From an uncultured virus (IMG/VR IMGVR_UViG_3300035698_023471) (Duplodnaviria; Heunggongvirae; Uroviricota; Caudoviricetes): DNA of 64,000 bases. The stretch's first letter is position 1. Each line of letters starts with the position of its first letter. The notes beneath the pieces were generated by a model. The model did not search any database. It was not told where the DNA came from and worked only from the letters and a program-made list of their open reading frames with translations. Both the position numbers and the translations under genes were made by a program. Positions 36,627-45,628 of the stretch are shown here, piece after piece. The DNA is taken from IMG/VR virus record IMGVR_UViG_3300035698_023471. One strand, 5' to 3'.

Positions 36627-39311
36627 ATGAAAATTTACACTAAGATTTATAATTGTATTTCTTCTTTTATTTATAAAAAAGATAGAAGTAGAGTTATAAA
36701 AAGACAGATTAAAAAAAATGAAGAGATGTTCAAGAACATTTTTGAGAATATTCCTGTGATGATTTGTACTTTTGATCCTAAAGGAAAAATTATTCTATGG
36801 AACAAGGAGTCAGAAAGATATTTAGGCTGGTCTTTTGAAGAATTAAAATCATTAGATGATCCAATGTCGGTGTTTTATGAAGATAAACAATATAAGAGAG
36901 TTATTCAAGTTGTCAAAAAAACAGATGGTAAATTTGAGAGGTATACTCCTAAATCAAAAAATGGAGAGATAAGACATCAAGAATGGGCCACTTTCAAATT
37001 GACAGATAAAACTGTAGTTTCTGCAGGAAGAGATATCACAGAAAAAATAGAAAAAAAATTACAAATTGAAAAAAAGGGTAAACTTTTTCAATCATTATTC
37101 GATAACATTCCAATTTTGATGAATGGCTTTGATAATAATGGAAAAATGATAATGGCAAACAAAGAGTTTGTGAAAACTCTCGGTTGGACTCTTGAAGAAT
37201 TACAAAAAATAGAAGAACCAATGAATATCTTTTATTCAGAAAGTGAATCTAATGATGTTAAAAAATATATAACTAATGCAAAAGGGGAGTTTCATGAATT
37301 TCACCCAATTTGTAAAAACGGAGTAATTAGGATTCAAAAATGGGCAGACTTTAAAGTCGATGGGATGATCATTGGCGTAGGGGTTGACATCACTAAAGAA
37401 ATGGAAATGCAAGAGAAATTAGAACTTTCTTTAAAATATTCCGATTCAGGAGTTTTTGTATGGGACATTCTTAGTGGTGAAATCATCTGGGATGAAAATA
37501 TGAATTTTCTACACGGTTTTTCGAAAGGTGTAAAACCGTCAAACATAAAGGACTCATTAAAAAACATCCACCCAGATGACATCAAAAAAATTCAATATGA
37601 AGTTGGTGAAACAATAAAAGGTACAATCAAAGGTGTCAACATTTGGGAATATCGAACCGTGTCCCCGAATGGAGAAGTCAAGAATGTCACTGCACGAGGA
37701 AAATTCACTCTTGACGAAAATCTTAGACCGATAAAAATGCAAGGAATTTGTTGGGATTCAACAGAACAAAAAAGGAAAGAACAAGAACTAAAATCTACAA
37801 ACAAACAATTAGAATTAGCATTAGAAGCTTCTCAAGGCGGTTCTTGGATTTGGGAATATGGCAAAGGAATAGATGAAAATGTTTGGGATGATCAAACTTG
37901 CGTCATTCATGGGATTGAACCTGGAACTTATCCGAAAAGTGAAAAAGAATTCAAACAAAGATTTCCAACGAAAGAAAAAAACTGGGTTGATCCATCTTAC
38001 TCCGAATATAGAGTAGACACTCCATCTGGACCTAGATATATTGCATCTAGAGGAAGAGTCATTTCTTCTGAAGAGGGTATCGAAACAAAAATAGGATTCT
38101 GCTGGGACATCACCGAACGCAAGGAAGAAGAAAAGAAACTTCAAAAAGCAAAGGAAGAAGCAGAATCAACCAGTCAGGCAAAATCAGAATTCTTGGCCAT
38201 GATGAGTCACGAAATCCGAACTCCGATGAATGGAGTCATTGGAATGGCTCAGTTGTTACAACGAACCGAGATAGATTCTAAACAACAATATTATCTCAGA
38301 AACATAATGAGTAATGGAGAATACCTTCTTTCCATCATTGAAGACATCTTGGATTTGTCAAAAATAGGATCAAATCAACTACAAATAAAAAATAAAAAAT
38401 TCAAATTAAAAAATACATTTTATGAACTTTATGACAATTATAAATCTAAACTTTCGGATAATAATAAAATCAAGTTATCATTCAATTATGATGAGAAAAT
38501 CAAATCCTGTTTAATCGGAGATGAATTTAGGCTTAAACAGGTTTTAATAAATCTCATCAACAATGCCATCAAGTTCACTCCAGAAGGTAGTGTCCAATTC
38601 AGTTGTAAGATAAAAGAAGCATTCAAAAATACACTTAGCATTGATTTCACTGTCGAAGATACCGGAATTGGGATAGAACAATCAGATCAGAAGAAGATAT
38701 TCGAATCTTTCACACAAATAGATAGTGGCATCAATAGGAAGTATGAGGGATCGGGATTGGGTTTGAATATTTGTAGACAACTTTTAAGTATAATGGAAGG
38801 TTCTATTAAGGTTGAAAGCAAATTGAATAAAGGATCATGTTTCACTTTTAATTTATTTTTCGAAACTTGTGAAGAAGAAGACCTGAAAGACCCTTTGGCA
38901 GATATAGATGACATTAAAAAAAATCATTCATTAAAGATTTTGGTTGCTGATGATAATCAGGTAAATAGGGAAGTAGCTATAAATTTCATTCAATTCTTTG
39001 GCCATGAACCAGATTCTGTGACAAGTGGGAAAGAGGTTCTCGAAAAATTGACGAAAAATTCTTACGACATCATCTTCATGGACATCAGGATGCCCGACCT
39101 TGATGGAGTTGAATGCTTTGAACAAATCAAAAGGTTGTATGGAGATCAAAAACCGTATACAATAGCATTGACGGCACACTCCATGTTTGGAGATAAAGAA
39201 AGATATCTGAATATCGGAATGGATGATTATATCTCCAAACCCATTCGTTTAGAAAAAATGAAAATCGCTTTTCAAACATATCTGGAGAGAAAGAATGTTC
39301 AACCTCATTAA
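36627..39311 (+). CDS. Hybrid sensor histidine kinase (multiple PAS - HisKA - HATPase - REC)
   Basis: Four PAS/PAC-like units ending DIT/DST, H-box MSHEIRTPMNG, N-box LINNAIKF, DTGIG, GSGLGL and receiver IIFMDIRMP. Confidence 0.92.
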   Translation: MKIYTKIYNCISSFIYKKDRSRVIKRQIKKNEEMFKNIFENIPVMICTFDPKGKIILWNKESERYLGWSFEELKSLDDPMSVFYEDKQYKRVIQVVKKTDGKFERYTPKSKNGEIRHQEWATFKLTDKTVVSAGRDITEKIEKKLQIEKKGKLFQSLFDNIPILMNGFDNNGKMIMANKEFVKTLGWTLEELQKIEEPMNIFYSESESNDVKKYITNAKGEFHEFHPICKNGVIRIQKWADFKVDGMIIGVGVDITKEMEMQEKLELSLKYSDSGVFVWDILSGEIIWDENMNFLHGFSKGVKPSNIKDSLKNIHPDDIKKIQYEVGETIKGTIKGVNIWEYRTVSPNGEVKNVTARGKFTLDENLRPIKMQGICWDSTEQKRKEQELKSTNKQLELALEASQGGSWIWEYGKGIDENVWDDQTCVIHGIEPGTYPKSEKEFKQRFPTKEKNWVDPSYSEYRVDTPSGPRYIASRGRVISSEEGIETKIGFCWDITERKEEEKKLQKAKEEAESTSQAKSEFLAMMSHEIRTPMNGVIGMAQLLQRTEIDSKQQYYLRNIMSNGEYLLSIIEDILDLSKIGSNQLQIKNKKFKLKNTFYELYDNYKSKLSDNNKIKLSFNYDEKIKSCLIGDEFRLKQVLINLINNAIKFTPEGSVQFSCKIKEAFKNTLSIDFTVEDTGIGIEQSDQKKIFESFTQIDSGINRKYEGSGLGLNICRQLLSIMEGSIKVESKLNKGSCFTFNLFFETCEEEDLKDPLADIDDIKKNHSLKILVADDNQVNREVAINFIQFFGHEPDSVTSGKEVLEKLTKNSYDIIFMDIRMPDLDGVECFEQIKRLYGDQKPYTIALTAHSMFGDKERYLNIGMDDYISKPIRLEKMKIAFQTYLERKNVQPH

Positions 39312-39552
39312 AGAACTTTTAACACCCAATCGCAAAGATGAAGAAACCACCGTTTACGTGAAATTTAAAGGAAAAGGACATCGTTCGGCAGCACGGCGCT
39401 TCAAACAAAGTGCTCATTATCTTGAGTTCAAAGAATTCTATAGCGAATTAGACATTCATGAAAATCTCGAAGTTGAAAGAATTTCAAACAGTTACATGCA
39501 AAGTGACATCCTTTACGAAGTAAAACCGATACGTTCTTTGCCTTCGACCTAA
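39295..39552 (+). CDS. Hypothetical protein
   Basis: 85 aa, GGAG RBS, overlaps the end of the kinase gene. Confidence 0.55.
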   Translation: MFNLIKELLTPNRKDEETTVYVKFKGKGHRSAARRFKQSAHYLEFKEFYSELDIHENLEVERISNSYMQSDILYEVKPIRSLPST

Positions 39553-39884
39553 GTAGGCAGGAAATTACGATGAGCCTGATCGCCAATATTTTCATGACTC
39601 ACCCTCCCCCCTTCTATTTGAACACTTGATTTATTTTCCCGAATACCCTAAAATGCAATTGGAAGGGGGAACTTTGATGAAAATCAAGCTCCATAATTCT
39701 ATAGTCAGAGAGCAAAGACAATTTCAATATCGTATAGGACTTGAATTAAGGTATTTGAATATTAGATTTAACATTTTCTCAGAATCTATGTATGCGTATC
39801 CTGAAATAAAGAATTCAATACAAATCAGATTTTTTTGGAGCTATGAAACAAAAACTTTAAACCAAATGTAAAGGAGATAAACTC

Positions 39885-40280
39885 ATGTCCACTTTCGTGA
39901 AAGGTAAGTATTTCACGATTCCATTAACAGATGATATCAACTTGAAAGCCAAAATTGAAATAGAAAATTATTGGAACGAGGGTTGGGAAGATCGGGAGAA
40001 TATGTTTTATGTTAGTGACTATGAGTTATCGAGCAAAAAAACGTCGTCCGACATGTCGGCACTATTAAGTGTGGCTAATGAAGGAATAAGCATCTGTATG
40101 GAAGAGAACGATGAACAAGTCGATTCATTTGATGCAGTTCTTGAAAAACAAAAGATCGTGAAAGATTTCATGAAACAGTTGAGGAAAGCTGTGAAAGAGT
40201 TTGACACCATATGCAAAAAGCATGGTAATGAATTTGAAGACAATACAATTTATGCAATTTATGACAAGTATGACAATTGA
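39885..40280 (+). CDS. Hypothetical protein
   Basis: 131 aa, AAGGAG RBS. Confidence 0.7.
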   Translation: MSTFVKGKYFTIPLTDDINLKAKIEIENYWNEGWEDRENMFYVSDYELSSKKTSSDMSALLSVANEGISICMEENDEQVDSFDAVLEKQKIVKDFMKQLRKAVKEFDTICKKHGNEFEDNTIYAIYDKYDN

Positions 40281-40296
40281 AAAATCGTATAATGAA

Positions 40297-40385
40297 GAGC
40301 GACATGGATTCCCATGAGGGGAAGCCTCCTTTTGTAGGGTTCAGAAACGGGGAGAACTGCATGGCAGCGTCTCCCCGTTTCACTT
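40297..40385 (+). ncRNA. Candidate small RNA
   Basis: Follows CGTATAAT (40286-40293) with no credible ORF. Hairpins catgg/ccatg and gagg/cctc, then a 12-bp stem 40344-40355/40370-40381. Confidence 0.45.
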
Positions 40386-40394
40386 CACAATCAG

Positions 40395-40805
40395 TCAAGT
40401 TTTATCTTTGACTTCTTTTAACCATTTATTCAAAGATTTTCTATTCGAAATTAAATTAGACAAATTAGTACCCAATCTACTCATATCTATTGACGTGAAA
40501 AAATTATGATATTCTTGAATTTCATCATTCTTAACTAAATCATCAAATCTATCAATTTCACATTTCATCCCTCTAATCCAATCTAACATTTCACTTTTGT
40601 ATTCTTCATATCGATTGTCTAAACCTTCTCTCATCGAAATCTTAAAGTCCTCAACATCTGAAACAAAAAATCTTCTATGACCTCCTGAAGTGCGTTGAGA
40701 CGCTATAATTCCTTCATCGCTCCATATCCGTAATGTTTTTGATGAAATACCCAATTCATTTGCTGCCGCTTCTACACTTAATAGATCTTTATCCTTTGTA
40801 GCCAT
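40395..40805 (-). CDS. MerR/excisionase-type HTH protein with C-terminal extension
   Basis: LLSVEAAANELGISSKTLRIWSDEGII...RTSGGHRRF; start reassigned to the ATG at 40805 (GGAG RBS). Confidence 0.8.
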   Translation of the reverse strand: MATKDKDLLSVEAAANELGISSKTLRIWSDEGIIASQRTSGGHRRFFVSDVEDFKISMREGLDNRYEEYKSEMLDWIRGMKCEIDRFDDLVKNDEIQEYHNFFTSIDMSRLGTNLSNLISNRKSLNKWLKEVKDKT

Positions 40806-40884
40806 AATTTTAAATCTCCAAGATTGTGTAAGTTTGTTAAGGTTTGATCTCAAACCTGAACAATATTATACGAAGTTTAAAAAG

Positions 40885-40918
40885 AAAAATGCCAATGAAA
40901 TTTTTCATTGGCATTTTT
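40885..40918. terminator. Intrinsic terminator-like hairpin
   Basis: aaaaatgccaatgaaa-tt-tttcattggcattttt. Confidence 0.7.
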
Positions 40919-40976
40919 TACTAAAATATTGTAGTTTTGATATGTTTCGTTCTTATTTATCGTGAGAACTCGGGTA

Positions 40977-42382
40977 CTACCACCCGGCTGTTTTATTCTC
41001 CTTTATTCTTAATGCGGTTTTGTACAGTTCAGGAAATTCATCTTTTGGAACAATGCCCCCTTTCGACATATTATCAATTCCAAATAAAGGTCTTAAATTA
41101 TCCATTGACCAACAAAACTGAAATTCAATATCATCTACTTCTATATATTCGAAAAAAGATTGAGGAATGATGTGGTCGATGTGCCAATCAATTCCATAAT
41201 TATCCCAGCTCATTCCTTCAACAAATTGACCTTCTAAATGGCTCATCAAGTCTTCTACAGAATATGGAAGAATATCTTTAAAACTTCTTCTACCATTTTT
41301 ACTAGATAATCTATCTCTCAAATTATTGTAAATTAAACTAGACATATTTGTTTTCAACTTATACTGTGGGTCATGCTTTCTTCTTTCACGAGCATTTTTG
41401 TTTTTCATTTCCTTTACTTCTGATTTTTGATTATATTCTTTTATTTTCGATTTTCCTTCCGGTGATTCTCTATACTCTTTTAAAGCTAAGCGTTGACATT
41501 CTTTACAATAAGCGGCAAGTCCGTCTACTGATGATATTTCAATATTAAAATTATTTTCAGTTCTTTCAAACTCTTTTTTACATCTTGAACACGTTTTAAT
41601 GACATTTTCTAATCTAAATTTTGTTTGACTTTCTTCTGTGAAAAGACCTTTTCTATCTTCACGATACTTTTGATCACATAGTTTGCAATTATTAGAATAT
41701 CCGATTGTGGATCGTCCATCTTTTACAAAATCATTTAACGGCTTTATTTCTTCACATCTTTCACATTTTTTACTAGTGTTGCTTTTCTCGAATTCATCTT
41801 GAAGCTTTTTAATGTTTTCTTTATAATCTTCTGAAGACTCCTTATTATCTAAGCAGTCTTTACATACTGCTTTATATCCTGTTGGAGATTCGTTATTTTT
41901 TCTAAAATTCGACAAACTTTTAATTTCTTCACACTCTGTGCATTTGATTTCTGGATTATTTTCTACCCATTCTATTTGTCTTTCTTTAAATCCACTAGAT
42001 TGTTTTTTGAGTTTTTTTGCTTTAGACTTACACTCACGACAGGTATGTTCCAATCCTGTATTTGTGGTTTTGTCTTTATTAAAAGATGATAAAGAAAGCA
42101 TTTCTCCACAACCATTCTTTCCAGTACATTCTTTGTGAGTATTGTTGTCTAGAAATTCTTTTTGTTTTTCAAGAGCATTTTCTTTTCTTTGAGTACGGTC
42201 GTATTCGGCTGCTTTTTTTTATAATCGTCTGATTTCTTATATTCTTTTTGATACTCCTTATTCCATTCTTTTCCCTTTTCAGATTTCTTCCATTTTTCAG
42301 AATAAGATTTCACCTTATCTTCATTCTGACTTTTCCATTCTTTTTCATAATCTTTTCTTGCTTCTGTCTTTTCACCCATCAT
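40977..42382 (-). CDS. HNH homing endonuclease with multiple CxxC fingers, split by a -1 frameshift at the A8 run 42213-42220
   Basis: WHIDHIIP...NLRPL...N..K HNH motif. A -1 shift at A_AAA_AAG joins ORF 42149..42382 to ORF 40977..42101 via KKAAEYDRTQRKENALEKQKEFLDNNTHKECTGKNGCGEM. Confidence 0.8.
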
Positions 42383-42442
42383 TTTCTCCTATAAATTTAT
42401 TCAACTACTCTTCATTATAATCCATTCTCACAAAAAAGAAAA

Positions 42443-42470
42443 GGGTCACAGGAAAATTTTCCTGTGACCC
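42443..42470 (-). terminator. Intrinsic terminator after the neck-like gene
   Basis: Perfect palindrome gggtcacaggaaaa/ttttcctgtgaccc followed by a U-rich run on the minus strand. Confidence 0.75.
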
Positions 42471-42506
42471 AAGTTAAAGCAATTTCTTAAGCAAAAGTAC
42501 GTAAGT

Positions 42507-43568
42507 CTAGAATCCTGCGGTAGTTCCGAAAACATAACTGAAGAATCTTGACCTTCCTCCAGGTAGTGAGAACTCGGGCACAATAATTCCTCTAGGGTCA
42601 GCTAACGTGTGTTGTTTTGATTCTTTGAGTGATTCAAATCTATCTCTGACATTTTCTTTTGCACTTTGAGCTATGTTGACCAAATCATTCAATTTATCTT
42701 CCCCCCATTTGATTCTGGTTTGTTGATTGATGAAACCAGAAAGAATAGCTAGGTAAAGATAATAAGATCCTCCAAGAATGACGGCGGCTCTTGCAGCCGG
42801 ATTGCCAGTTCGTAATGAGAAACCAGATTGAGGCCATGATCCATTAAATTCATCTAATCCGATTCGCATGAAAGCGATCAATTCTTTCTCAGAAAAATGT
42901 GAATGTTTGTAAGAGGCGTTGATTCGATCCAAAGCTTCTGTCAAGTCAGAATCTTGTGAATCGACAAGATTTCTACCAGTACTCAAGGCAGAAGAGAAGA
43001 CTAATTTACCAGACACATAATTGACGGTGTAACCAGCCGTCAATAAGATGTCATTCTGATAAATCTCTGGGGTGTAAGTATCGATCCAATTTTCCCAAGT
43101 GAATGAAACTCCAGTACCAGCGGCATCTAATCTTCCTTGTTCTTGATTGACCGTGACTTCTGTGAAATCAGAAGTCAAAGCCCGAATGGAATCTAATTGA
43201 GAGGCATTGATGACATCGTAGCCGACCGTATATTTTCTGATTGAATCGGCAGCGGTGTTATCCACTTCTACTGAAAGTGAGACTGAATCATTCGGTTCAA
43301 AATTAGTAGCCCCATCTGGGTCTACATCAATTTCGATCTTAAAGGAGTCGCCAATCGCAGTTGAAGTAATTTCATCTGAAGAATCGGTGAAGCTAAGCGA
43401 TCTAACGCCTTGTAAGCCATTTATCTTGATAGAGATGACAAGAGTCGTGAGATCTATCAATTCGCTGTTGTAAGGCTTTAAACGAAAAGAGAACACGGTT
43501 GAGGTAGGAATGGGAACTCCATCATTACGAGGAGAGAGTTCTTTAATATTAATCTGTGCATAAGCCAT
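42507..43568 (-). CDS. Putative neck / head-tail adaptor protein with Ig-like N-terminus
   Basis: Located after the capsid genes; beta-rich N-terminus, helical C-terminus (HFSEKELIAFMRIGLDEFN). Confidence 0.55.
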   Translation of the reverse strand: MAYAQINIKELSPRNDGVPIPTSTVFSFRLKPYNSELIDLTTLVISIKINGLQGVRSLSFTDSSDEITSTAIGDSFKIEIDVDPDGATNFEPNDSVSLSVEVDNTAADSIRKYTVGYDVINASQLDSIRALTSDFTEVTVNQEQGRLDAAGTGVSFTWENWIDTYTPEIYQNDILLTAGYTVNYVSGKLVFSSALSTGRNLVDSQDSDLTEALDRINASYKHSHFSEKELIAFMRIGLDEFNGSWPQSGFSLRTGNPAARAAVILGGSYYLYLAILSGFINQQTRIKWGEDKLNDLVNIAQSAKENVRDRFESLKESKQHTLADPRGIIVPEFSLPGGRSRFFSYVFGTTAGF

Positions 43569-43901
43569 TTAACAATTCCACCTTTTCTTCATTTCTGACA
43601 ATCGTTTTTTAGACAGTTTGGTAAGTCGGACATATTTGACGGAACTTGCATCACTTTCCATCTTTTTCAATTTAGTGTAATAGTTTGGTAGTTCCTTCAA
43701 ATGTGCCCAAGCTATCTTGCCGATCTTTTTCCATTTATCTTCATCATTTTTAACGACATCTGTTTGAGGGTCAGTGTCATGTTCCATTTCTACTTCAAGA
43801 CCCATCTGAAATTCTTCGATTGAAAAATCCACTTCACTCCATTGAATTCCAATTTGTTGAGCAATTTTCTTTGTTTCTTGTGTTGAGAAATTCGTCATCA
43901 T
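43569..43901 (-). CDS. DUF5661-like protein
   Basis: EFQMGLEVEMEH...KIAWAHLKELPNYYTKLKKME. Confidence 0.75.
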   Translation of the reverse strand: MMTNFSTQETKKIAQQIGIQWSEVDFSIEEFQMGLEVEMEHDTDPQTDVVKNDEDKWKKIGKIAWAHLKELPNYYTKLKKMESDASSVKYVRLTKLSKKRLSEMKKRWNC

Positions 43902-43922
43902 TCACCTCTTATGCTGATTGCT

Positions 43923-44324
43923 TTACTGATTATTCATGAGTTGTTCTACTAAGTCATATAATTCTTGTAATGCATTTGGATCTATGTCATTCAATGGATT
44001 GGCGTCCTGAAGTTGATCTTCCATTTCTTCCATGGCAAATTCTTCAGAATCTTCAGACTGTGTGTAAGGATTATCTTCTTGATATTCATCTACAGATTTA
44101 ACGTCCTTCTTCATTTCCATCAAATCGCCAATGAGACCCTTATTCTGTTTTTGTTTTCTCATTCTACCGCGTAGAGCTCTTTGTTTAGACTTTTGTTCTC
44201 TTCGATCTTGTTGTTCTGGATCTTGTTCAAGAACGTGTGTGAATGCTGCCTGTTTCCCAATTTCAACCCATTCCTGAAAAGACATAGTGATTTTGAACTT
44301 ACTGTCAGATTGTTTGATGAGCAT
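43923..44324 (-). CDS. Hypothetical protein (candidate head protein)
   Basis: 133 aa, AGGAG RBS, GKQAAF motif. Confidence 0.65.
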   Translation of the reverse strand: MLIKQSDSKFKITMSFQEWVEIGKQAAFTHVLEQDPEQQDRREQKSKQRALRGRMRKQKQNKGLIGDLMEMKKDVKSVDEYQEDNPYTQSEDSEEFAMEEMEDQLQDANPLNDIDPNALQELYDLVEQLMNNQ

Positions 44325-44412
44325 TAGATTCTCCTATTGGTAAATAAAAAAGACCTCTTTAATTATTTCTAAAAAAAGAGGTCTTTTTCCTTTGTGTTTC
44401 AGTTAAAAGTCG

Positions 44413-44877
44413 TTAAATCAATGACATTTCTTCTTCAGACTCGACTTTTGCTTCTAAAATGTTGTTTTTCATCATTTCGCTGATGTATGGCTGAATCATT
44501 TTTTCTATATCAGGGTCCCAACCTTCAAGAAGAGCGAACATGTCATTCAGAGGAGGAGTGTTCTTGAATCCGCAACCATTGCAAACGGTACAAGGTCTCC
44601 ATCCCTCTCTCTTTTCCAGTTTAGAACCACAACCACAATCTTCTATGATGCAACATTTTTCCAGAAAGCCAAAAATTTGTCCAAGTTCTGAATAGAAGGC
44701 ATTTTGAATCATTTTTCGGTAGAACTTAAAACCTTCAGAAGAACGATTACCATATTTCCATTCACCAGCTGCCAAAAGATCTTTCATTGTTTTGATATGT
44801 TTTCTAAAGAAATACTTTGCTATTTGGGGTTTGACATCGCCTCTAATTCCTGCTTCACTTCCAATATCGTCTACCAT
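44413..44877 (-). CDS. Hypothetical zinc-binding protein
   Basis: CGCG...CTVCNGCG; AAGGAG RBS. Confidence 0.7.
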   Translation of the reverse strand: MVDDIGSEAGIRGDVKPQIAKYFFRKHIKTMKDLLAAGEWKYGNRSSEGFKFYRKMIQNAFYSELGQIFGFLEKCCIIEDCGCGSKLEKREGWRPCTVCNGCGFKNTPPLNDMFALLEGWDPDIEKMIQPYISEMMKNNILEAKVESEEEMSLI

Positions 44878-44897
44878 AATTTAAGCTCCTTCAATCT

Positions 44898-45596
44898 TTA
44901 TTCTTTTAATCTTCCTGAAGATTCATCTTCTGAAATTCCAAGATCTTGTAAAACATTCATTTCTTCATGTTCTTGTGTACTGATAACTCTTCCTGGCGAA
45001 TTTCCTCTTGACGGCAAAATATCAATTGATTGGTTTTCTTTTCCATAAGTTGTAGAATCATTTATTTCGATAGATTCTCTAACTTTTGAATCATCTTCAC
45101 CTCTCACGAACAGATTCATATCATCCAACGATCCTTCCTCCACTTTTTGTTTAACTTCATGCATGACTCCTATTTTCTTATAGAAGACATTTAAAAAACG
45201 ACTCATAGCTTTTTCATTGACTTCTCTTAGAATCCCTTTACTTAGAAGATTCTGATAGTTTTGTTGTTTGTTCAGTCTTCCGCGAAAAGACCCATCTACT
45301 TGAAGAACTGGCGGAGCTGTTTTTTCAGATGGTCTTTCAATCGTTCCTAGGATCAAAGATTGACCCGGACCAAAAAGGTCCGGGATCATGATCGTTTCAT
45401 TAGAACAATTTGCGATATTGATAAATTCCACTGATTTCTGGGTTTCAACCTTATGGCCTGTCATTCCTTCTGCTTCGGATGTGAATTCGACAATCTCATC
45501 CGAATCTTCTTCTCTTTGAACGGCTTGTTGTTGAGAAGTTTCACTTGTTAGTTCGGGATGATTTTTTACATAGTCTCGTCTTGAATAAACAACCAT
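44898..45596 (-). CDS. Hypothetical protein
   Basis: 232 aa, AAGGAG RBS. Confidence 0.7.
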   Translation of the reverse strand: MVVYSRRDYVKNHPELTSETSQQQAVQREEDSDEIVEFTSEAEGMTGHKVETQKSVEFINIANCSNETIMIPDLFGPGQSLILGTIERPSEKTAPPVLQVDGSFRGRLNKQQNYQNLLSKGILREVNEKAMSRFLNVFYKKIGVMHEVKQKVEEGSLDDMNLFVRGEDDSKVRESIEINDSTTYGKENQSIDILPSRGNSPGRVISTQEHEEMNVLQDLGISEDESSGRLKE

Positions 45597-45628
45597 TTTC
45601 TTTTGTCACTCCTTGCGAATTATTCGCA

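Noticed and set aside
39626..39871. 81-aa ORF
   Set aside because: TTG start and no motif. A shorter version from an internal ATG may be real but cannot be supported.
11329..42506. ACGTAAGT at about 11329, 20357 and 42499, each next to a homing endonuclease unit
   Set aside because: A few copies of an 8-mer are expected by chance in 64 kb and I could not count exhaustively. The location is suggestive only.
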